A stretch of 53,821 nt of DNA from a virus. Lineage: Duplodnaviria > Caudoviricetes. Within the stretch, counting starts at the first letter, position 1. Each line of letters begins with the position of its first letter. The stretch lies in the IMG/VR virus record IMGVR_UViG_3300030106_006616, positions 1 to 53,821 of that record; one strand, 5' to 3'. Under the pieces are notes generated by a model. The model was not told the origin of the DNA. It made no database searches and worked only from the letters and a program-made list of their open reading frames with translations. Positions 8,925-17,300 of this stretch are shown here, in pieces. Both the position numbers and the translations under genes were made by a program.

Positions 8925-9986
8925 ATGAAGGATAAGGAAATATTAGATAAGATAGCATTTATCTTGTCTGGAGAAACTTTCTTCAGTCATGAAGATGTTA
9001 TATATAATGTGAAAACTCACGAGCCAAAAGACGATTGCTTAGCAAACTTTTTTTTACATTCTCTAAATGATAGGTTTAGGTTTAATGATTTGCTAGATCA
9101 GGACGACTTAGAGGAACATTTAAACTCTCTTGGAATATGGACTTTTGAAGATGAGCAAAAATTTAAAGACTCTGAAGAGCACGTAGAGAAGTTGAAGGTT
9201 GGATTGTTTGAATCTCTTTACAACAAAAGAGCTCAAAAGTCAATACGTTCACAAATATCAGGAATAAGAAAAGCCCTAACTAAAGCAAGACTTAAGAAGT
9301 ACTCTTTATTTGACCAAAGCATTGAGTACCATAACATGCAATTTAAAAAAAGGTTTTTTGTTGGCGTCAATCTATATAATTTACAAGGGGAAAAATTATA
9401 TACAGCATCAGACTTCCATTCTATTCCAACTAATATTATAGATAAGGGTGTCGAAAGATGGGATGATGAGTGTAATATTTCTCAAGCAGAGATAAGAGAA
9501 ATAGTTAGGTCAGGCACTTGGAGCACATGCTGGAATTTAGGTGAAACATCATTATTCGGCAAACCAATTGGCATGCTTAATGACATTCAAAAGACATGTT
9601 TAGTTTTCTCAAAAATGTACGATAATGCTAGGCAGAGCACTGAATGCCCTCCAGATGAAGTCTTTAATGATGATGATATGTTTGATGGATGGATGACCAA
9701 ACAAAAAGAAAAGATTGAGCAGGATAGAAAGAAAAGAAGAGCTGACCAACTTCATGAAAGCAAGACTAAAGGCTCGTCGTCAGACGCGGGAGAATTATTC
9801 TTAATGGCTGAGAGCCCAGAAGAAGCAACTGATGTAGCTAGGCTGAATGCATTTGCTGAAAGAATGAGACTAAGAGACCAAATGAGAGAGGTCAAGTCAG
9901 CAGGAGAGGAGGGTATACATGAAGCAGACCTGACGCATACACAGATGGATTTAAGGAGACAACTTATGGATAGTCAAAAGAGATAG
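8925..9986 (+). CDS. putative tail assembly chaperone (long form); paralog of 10322..11287
   Basis: Lies between the tail tube gene and the tape measure gene. Its N-terminal half aligns by eye with 10322..11287. Confidence 0.5.
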   Translation: MKDKEILDKIAFILSGETFFSHEDVIYNVKTHEPKDDCLANFFLHSLNDRFRFNDLLDQDDLEEHLNSLGIWTFEDEQKFKDSEEHVEKLKVGLFESLYNKRAQKSIRSQISGIRKALTKARLKKYSLFDQSIEYHNMQFKKRFFVGVNLYNLQGEKLYTASDFHSIPTNIIDKGVERWDDECNISQAEIREIVRSGTWSTCWNLGETSLFGKPIGMLNDIQKTCLVFSKMYDNARQSTECPPDEVFNDDDMFDGWMTKQKEKIEQDRKKRRADQLHESKTKGSSSDAGELFLMAESPEEATDVARLNAFAERMRLRDQMREVKSAGEEGIHEADLTHTQMDLRRQLMDSQKR

Positions 9987-9994
9987 GAGATAAA

Positions 9995-10312
9995 ATGAAT
10001 GATAAAGATTATAGTGACTTTTCTAAAACTAGGCTTCTAAATAATTTAAAAAAGAAGTTTGACACAACTACTATTGGGTCATTAGCTATTTTTGAAGAGG
10101 AGTTTGGTTTTTTATGGGGACATGGCAAGCCATATTCTCAGCTCAATGAAGATGAAAAAGATTGGAGAGAGGTCTGGTCAAGGGCCAGAACATATATACT
10201 GGACTTGGGTAATTCAAACTTAAGAGCATCACAAAGCGAGATTTCTCAGTATACACTAACTTGGAATAGATATGTAACAAATTTTGTTATTAAAAATGAT
10301 AAAGGAAATTAG
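9995..10312 (+). CDS. hypothetical protein (105 aa)
   Basis: AGGAG RBS; in operon. Confidence 0.7.
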   Translation: MNDKDYSDFSKTRLLNNLKKKFDTTTIGSLAIFEEEFGFLWGHGKPYSQLNEDEKDWREVWSRARTYILDLGNSNLRASQSEISQYTLTWNRYVTNFVIKNDKGN

Positions 10313-10321
10313 GAGAATAAC

Positions 10322-11287
10322 ATGTCAGAAGATACTACTAAAAGGGCTTTTACTATAGATGGAGTTAAGTACTCTGTTGTCCAACCAAATCTAGAGCAAC
10401 TAACAGAAGCAAACGCTATGAGGGCCAAGGCTTTTAACGAAGCTTTACAAAGAGGAGATTTATTAAGAGACCAGCTTGACACAGAATTAAGGAAAAGGCA
10501 TCTATGGAATGATGACAGAGAAGAGATTTATCAGAATTTAAGGCAGTCGATTATAGACGGTGAATATTCTCTCAGTAAGGGTGGAATCAAGCTAAACGAG
10601 GCAAAAGACATAGCTTTGGAAATGTCTCAAGCTAGACAAAAAATGGTCGAAATGCTTTCAAGTAGGTCAGATTTAGACTCAAATACTTGCGAAGGGAAAG
10701 CAGACGCGGTAAGGTTCAACTATCTTTTTTCACAGTGTTTGGTGTATGAAGATACAGGCGAACTAGTATATTCTCAAGGCTTAGCAGACTATCTTCTCAA
10801 CCAAGACAGTCCTGCAGCTGTTAAAGGGGCTACTGAGTTTTACTACTTAATATCTGGATCTGAGAATCTTGATAAGGCTCTCCCAGAGAATAAGTTCCTT
10901 AAGAGCTATGAGTTTGTAGATGATAAGTATAGACTTATAGATAGTGACGGAAGACTTGTTGACCAAGAAGGTAGACACATTGATGAAGAAGGAAACTTTA
11001 TCAATTGGGTCAGTGATGATGAGTTTGAAGTTGTTGATTCTAAAGGAAGAAAAGTATCTGAGAAGACAGGGAAATTTGCAGTTGATTTTTCCCCATTCTT
11101 AGATGACACTGGAAATCCTGTTGAAGTCAAGGGTGATACCTCTTTCATTGATGAGGAGACTAAGAAACCTGAGACTGAAGATGAGGAGCCTGAAGAGAAA
11201 CCAGCTCCTAAGAAGCGTCGCGGAAGACCTAAAAAAGCCCAACCGGAAAAGAAAGAAGAGGAGGCTTCTGAAGAAGAATCTTCCTAA
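10322..11287 (+). CDS. putative tail assembly chaperone with DxxG hairpin repeats and an acidic/AT-hook C-tail
   Basis: Directly upstream of the tape measure gene; AGGAG RBS. Repeats IDSDGR, VDQEGR, IDEEGN, VDSKGR, LDDTGN; KKRRGRPKK near the C-terminus. Confidence 0.55.
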   Translation: MSEDTTKRAFTIDGVKYSVVQPNLEQLTEANAMRAKAFNEALQRGDLLRDQLDTELRKRHLWNDDREEIYQNLRQSIIDGEYSLSKGGIKLNEAKDIALEMSQARQKMVEMLSSRSDLDSNTCEGKADAVRFNYLFSQCLVYEDTGELVYSQGLADYLLNQDSPAAVKGATEFYYLISGSENLDKALPENKFLKSYEFVDDKYRLIDSDGRLVDQEGRHIDEEGNFINWVSDDEFEVVDSKGRKVSEKTGKFAVDFSPFLDDTGNPVEVKGDTSFIDEETKKPETEDEEPEEKPAPKKRRGRPKKAQPEKKEEEASEEESS

Positions 11288-11297
11288 ACATATGGAA

Positions 11298-11344
11298 AAG
11301 CGGTCATAACAAGCACTTTGCGTGTCGTGGCCGCTTATTTTTTT
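11298..11344 (+). terminator. long stem-loop plus U-tract (intrinsic terminator/attenuator) directly before the tape measure gene
   Basis: AAGCGGTCAT...GTGGCCGCTT stem (two G-U pairs) followed by ATTTTTTT. Confidence 0.7.
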
Positions 11345-11361
11345 ATTAAGGTTATATAAAT

Positions 11362-14300
11362 ATGGCGTTTAATATCAATGCACAAGTGGTCTTATCTGGG
11401 CCAAAAAATATTAAGACTGTTACTAATAATATTAGGCAACAGCTTGGTAATGTGTCAGTTAATGTCAATCTAAATATTCCTAAAAATGCTCAGCAGCAAG
11501 TAAGTAATCTTAATAATCAGCTAACTAATGTAACTAACACAGCCAATAAAGCAAGTGCTGGAGCGACTAAGTTTGGTAACAACTTAGGCAATGTTGGGAA
11601 GCAGTCAAAGCAAGCAGCTTCAGCTATGCAGCAGCTTGGACAAGAGACCGCACTTACATTCAAGAGATTCGCAGCTGCCGGTATTGTAACAGCAACATTC
11701 TTTAGGATGACCCAAGCCATATCTGAGGCTGTGCCAAAGGCTCTGGAACTCCAAAGAGAATTTATAAAATTACAACAGGTTACAGGCAAGACTCAAGAGC
11801 AGCTAGGAGGATTAAAATCTTCAGTACTTGGATTGTCTCAGAGCTTAGGGGTAGAGGCAAATGAGCTTGCAAACATAAGCCGAATCTTTGCTCAAACAGG
11901 GCAGTCTTTAAATCAGATGGAAGCATCTATGAAGGCGGTTGCTAGGGCATCATTAGCACCTACGTTCGGTACAATGGAGCAGACGGCAGAAGGTCTTATC
12001 GCTGCCTTGAACCAATTCCAGATTTCCGCTGGTCAGTCCGAAGCAGTATTAGGATCTATCAATAGAGTATCTAAGAAGTTCGCTGTTGAGTCTGAAGACT
12101 TGATCGCTGCCATTAGACGTGCCGGTGGTGTTTTTGCTATAGCGGCTGGACAGTTTGCTGAGCCACAAGAAGCATTAAATCAGTTTTTGGGTATATTCAC
12201 TGCTGTTAGATCCACTACTCGTGAAACTGCTGAAACAATTGCTACTGGCTTGAGAACTATCTTTTCTCGTATCCAAAGACCACAAACAATTGACTTCTTA
12301 CAAGAGTTAGGAATTAACCTTAAAGATGCTCAAGGTAATTTTGTAGGCCTATTTGAATCATTTAGAATTCTATCTAAAGAGCTCGACACTGTTATTGCCA
12401 GTGGGGACGCGTTAGCACTTGCAAAGATTACCGAGGAACTAGGTGGTATTCGTCAAGTAGGTAAATTAATACCTGCAATTAGGGAGTTTAGAAAGGCAGA
12501 ACAAGCTTTTCTTGAGGCACAAAAAGGTGCTGTAGAAGGTCTGGGTGCAGACGTTGCTTTAGGTGTTATACCATTAGCCAAACAGTTTGAACAACTGCAA
12601 TCTAGATTTCAAGCACTTATTCAAACCATAGCAGATTCTTCAACTTTCCAAGTTTTTGCTAAGACTGCTTTGGGTTTAGCTAACGCATTTCTTAGTCTTG
12701 CCGAGTCTCTCACTCCATTACTTCCTACTCTAACTACTCTTGCTGGCCTAAAAATATCTCAGAGCATAGGTGGTTTCGCTAGTGGATTTTTTGGATCTTT
12801 CAAAAAAGGCGGAGGCATATCCGGTGCTGGAGCAGCTTTAGGAGGAGGCTTAACAGGACAAGGAAGCCAAGCTAATACAGCAGCTGTTCAGAATCAAACT
12901 ACAGTTATTAATAACAATATAACAGCCCTTACGAATAATACAACAGGACTTACTAATCTCACTAGTGCTGTAAATGCTTTACAAACAAGTATAGCAACTC
13001 TCAATAATACAATAAGAAGTATGCCTCTCCAACTAGGAGGAGGACTGCAGAGAAGAAGAGGGTTTGCATCAGGCGGCCTAGTTCCCGGTACTGGAAACAG
13101 AGATACCGTTCCAGCCATGCTAACTCCGGGAGAATATGTTGTTAGGAAGTCAGCCGTTAACCATTTTGGGGCCGGTAACCTAGCAGACATTAACGGTTAC
13201 AATAGAGGTGGTAAGGTCATAGCGGATATTAATAGTCGCTTTGGTGTTGGCACGATAAGAGGAGGTGCCGACCGTTCTCTTGGATCTACTAAGATTAAGC
13301 TTTCTGATATTAGAAGTAAAAACGCTAAAGACGCCAAGGCAGTTGAGGATGCTTATCTAGCTGCCGGTGGAGGAAAACAACCTTTTGCAGATGGTCTTAG
13401 TGCTGAAGAAAAAGCTTTATTCGATCAAGCTGCAGCTGGAAACTTGGAGTTAGGAACACAATCTTCAGTAACCGACAGTTTAGTTAAAAAGATTGCTGAC
13501 GGAACTAAGTCTGCAGGTATAAAGCTGAATGTTGATGGAAAAAATCTTACCGTTAGCTCTACCCTCCTAAAAGGAAAGGGAGATAACAAAAATGTGTTCC
13601 GAGGCGCAGCTGGCAAGCAAAGACTGCAAACAATTGCTGGTCAGTTACAACAGGCACAAGTTGGTAGAGTAGTGCCATTTGGGGCCACAGTTACAGCTAG
13701 CGGAGGAAACGTTTCACCTTTAAACGCCGATGCCCGATCTATTTTTACTTCAGGTATACTTAATCAAGTCCCGCAGATAGTTAGAGACTCAGTCAATAAA
13801 ATTCTACCACAAGATCAAGCTCTGGCTGCAGATTCTCCTGCCCAGATAGCGCAGTTGTTATCTGCGAATGAAGGAGCAATCGGGAGCTTCGAAGGATTTT
13901 TGTTTGAGTCATTCATTAGAGATCTTACTCAAGATCTAATTAACCAAGGCAGTCAAGGCCCCGGAAGATTTGATGTTCCAAATCCAATAAGCGATAACAT
14001 TAACCGCCTTTTCAATACTCCTCAATTTCCTTTAGAACTGAAAAATGATGACAATATAGCTAACCTAGCAAGTTCATATGGTAAGGCTATAAGTGTACTA
14101 GGCTTCCAAACATTTGCTAAAGGAGGAGCAGCCAAAGGCTCAGATACAGTCCCTGCTATGCTGACTCCGGGCGAATACGTTATCAACAGAGGTGCTGCTG
14201 AGTCGTTTGGATATGGAAATCTTAACAAGATTAACAGGTACAATCAGGGCGGTGTTGTTAAAAGAGGTAGAAGCTTCTACGGGAATGGGCCATCAGGAGG

Positions 14301-17300
14301 TGGAGGTAACCAGAACCTTGCCACTGTCTTCAATAAATTCAACAAAGAAACAGACAAAGCTGCAGAGAGTACGGCGAATCTTGCTGCAGGTCAAAGCAAT
14401 GTTCTTCAAGCTATGATGACGCTTAGTTTTGGCGTCCAAGGTGTTGTGGCTTCTTTACATGGGTTCAAAGATGGTGTAGATGCTGTAGATATCCTAAACT
14501 TGGCAACTCAAGTCGCTGTAATTGGACCTGCACTAAAAGAGCTTCCTGCAGCATTCTCATCAATAAAGGGAATGTTAGGAACGACTACACAAGCCTTATC
14601 TCAGACTAGTGCTGCAGTTGGGCCTGTTGGAATCGCGATGCAGAACGCAGCACAAGCTACTGCAGCAAACTCTTCTGCGATAGCTATTAATACAACAACT
14701 ACAACAGCTAATACTACAAGCGAAGCCGCTGAAACAACAGCCAATGTTGCTAACACAGCATCTGAAGTTGCAGAGACAGCTGCTAACTTCGCCTCTGCAA
14801 AATCAGAGTTTATGAAAGGCCTTAAAGAAGGGTTTGGAAATATACTTGATACTGGAAAAGGACTTGGCAAAAAAATCCCCGGAAAAGGACTTGGGGGAGG
14901 AATAACTAAAAAGTTTGGTGGAGTTGTAAGCAAGTTTTCAAAAGCCGTTCCTCAGCTTGCGAATTTAGGAGGTAAACTAGCTGCTGGAGGCATAGCCGGA
15001 GCAGTTGTTGGCGCTATAGCTGGCCCTTTGGTTGATGGTGTCACAGATGCATTTGCGGGAGCTAAAGAAGAAATCATTCCCGGAGTATCTGGAAGAAGAG
15101 GAATGTCTGGTGAGGCAGCTGGTGCAATTGAAGGAATCGGAGGAGCACTTAAGGGCGCAGCAACAGGAGCGGCAGCAGGAGCTGTATTCGGTCCTGTAGG
15201 TGCAGCTATTGGAGGGATAGTAGGAGGATTATTTTCAGGGGCAAAAGCTCTTATTACAGGAGCAGCAAAACAGATAGAGTTTAATGCTATATTAGATTTG
15301 CAGAAAGGGGTGAGATCTGCCACCGAAGCTCTTGATGAGTTCATAAAGGCAAGTGAAACCACTCCAGATAACCTTAAAAAGCTAAACAAAGAAACTACAG
15401 CAGTAATAAAGGGGTTCGACAGAGCTGCAATAGCATCTAGAAAATCCGTTGAAGCAGACCAAGCATTCAGCGTTAGCGGAAACCTAGGAACCATGAAGGA
15501 TAGCTTTGGTACAGGAGGCACGGTAGCTGTAGGTACTGCTGGTGGGGCAGCTGCAGGAGCTGCGTTAGGCGCAGTAGTCGGAAGTGTTATTCCTGTCATA
15601 GGAACTGCAGTAGGTGCAGTTGTTGGCGCAATTGGTGGTGCAATAACAGGATTTGTAATGGCCTTGGGTGCAGAGAGTGCGGCACTAGAAGCTGGCTCAA
15701 AGGCATTTGATAGGGCTGCGTCTCAGATAACTCCCGAGTTTTTAGACAAGTTAGCTCAGGGTTTTAGTAAGCTAGCAACAGACTTAGCTAATCAAGCCGC
15801 AGACATAGACGGAGCAGAAGCATTCTTAAACTTCAAAGTTCCAGAAGGTGCTATAAACGGATTTAACCAACTACTAGCAGCTGTCGATGCTAGTGCAGGA
15901 GCACTCGGTCCGATTGCTTCAGAATACAAAGAGTTTATAAATACCCTACTAAATGCAAATTTGATTGGCGCTGTAAGAGATGAAGCAGAAATACTCGGTG
16001 ATGAGGGAGGAAAAGAACTAAAAACTGCATTCGTAAAACTTAGAGGGTCTGGATTTGATTTTGCCTCAGCATCCACAGAAGACATTATTGCTAAGTTAAA
16101 GCAGTATGGTATAACCAACAAAGAGACTGTTGGTGCTATTACTACTGTAATACAAAAACAAAAAGATCAAATAGCAGAACAACAAGCCACTGCTAGCGCT
16201 GCTGCAAAGGCATCTAAGCTTCTAAGAGAAATGAGGAACTCAATAGACGCTCTTGCTGCAGGTTTAGATAAGTTTGTGAATATATCGTCTGGCGCAGCAG
16301 ATAAGTTCTCAGCATTTGTATCAGAATTTGAACAGGGTTTTGAGGCTGCGTTTAGTTCTGATGCCAAATTATTAACTCCAGAAAGAATCAATCCTTTCGA
16401 AAATATTGACGCATCTACTCCAGAAGAAATAGAGAAGGCGTTTGAAAGAATAACCGCTTCTGCTGGAGGCGGAGCAGGAGGACCTAATGAAGCTGCATTT
16501 GCAGGACTCCAAGCCACTATAGAGTCCACTAGAGATCTTCCTTTTGCACTGAAAGGTGCTCTTGAAAGTATAGGAGGAGAAAGTGCCGTATTTGAAACTC
16601 CTGAAGCTGTAATAGCAGCAGTCAGAGACAACTTGGATGGATTCTCAGATCTACCAGAAGTAGTTCAGAAAAATATAGAAAAAGCAATTAAATCAGATTT
16701 TGCTAGTCGTCAAGGAGGGGGAACTGGCCCTATCAAGCTTGGGAATCTTTTAAGTGAAGACGGAGAAGTGAATAAGGCTCTTAATGAGTTGGCTGAGAAG
16801 ACTGTTGATGCTGCTGCTAAGTTCACTGATTCTTTGAACACAATGGAAAAGGCTGTTATTCAAGCTGCTCAAATACAGATAAACTTAATTAACAAACAAA
16901 AAGAAGCTGCGAATAAAAAGCTCGCGATTGACGAACGCCTTGCTGACGTGACTGGAGCGAATGAAGGAAGAAACGCACTTGATGTCGCTAATGAACAGCT
17001 CGCTAACAGGATAAACATCCAACAAGGAGGCAATGTTGCTGGAGTAGCCGCTGCAGGAGCATTTGATGTGGCAGGACTTTCAGCAAGAAGAGATGCTCTC
17101 GCTCAGAGAGGTCAAAATATACGTCAACAGCTTGGGATAGGTGCTGATGTTACTGCAGAAGAAGCAGCATCACTTTCACTTGAGGGTCAAGATGAGTTAG
17201 TAAAACAACTTGCTGAGGTTACTGCAGCTGAGAAAGGAACACAACAAGCTCTTGAGACATTAGCAGATGATACAACTAGACTCGCAGCTATTCAATCCAA

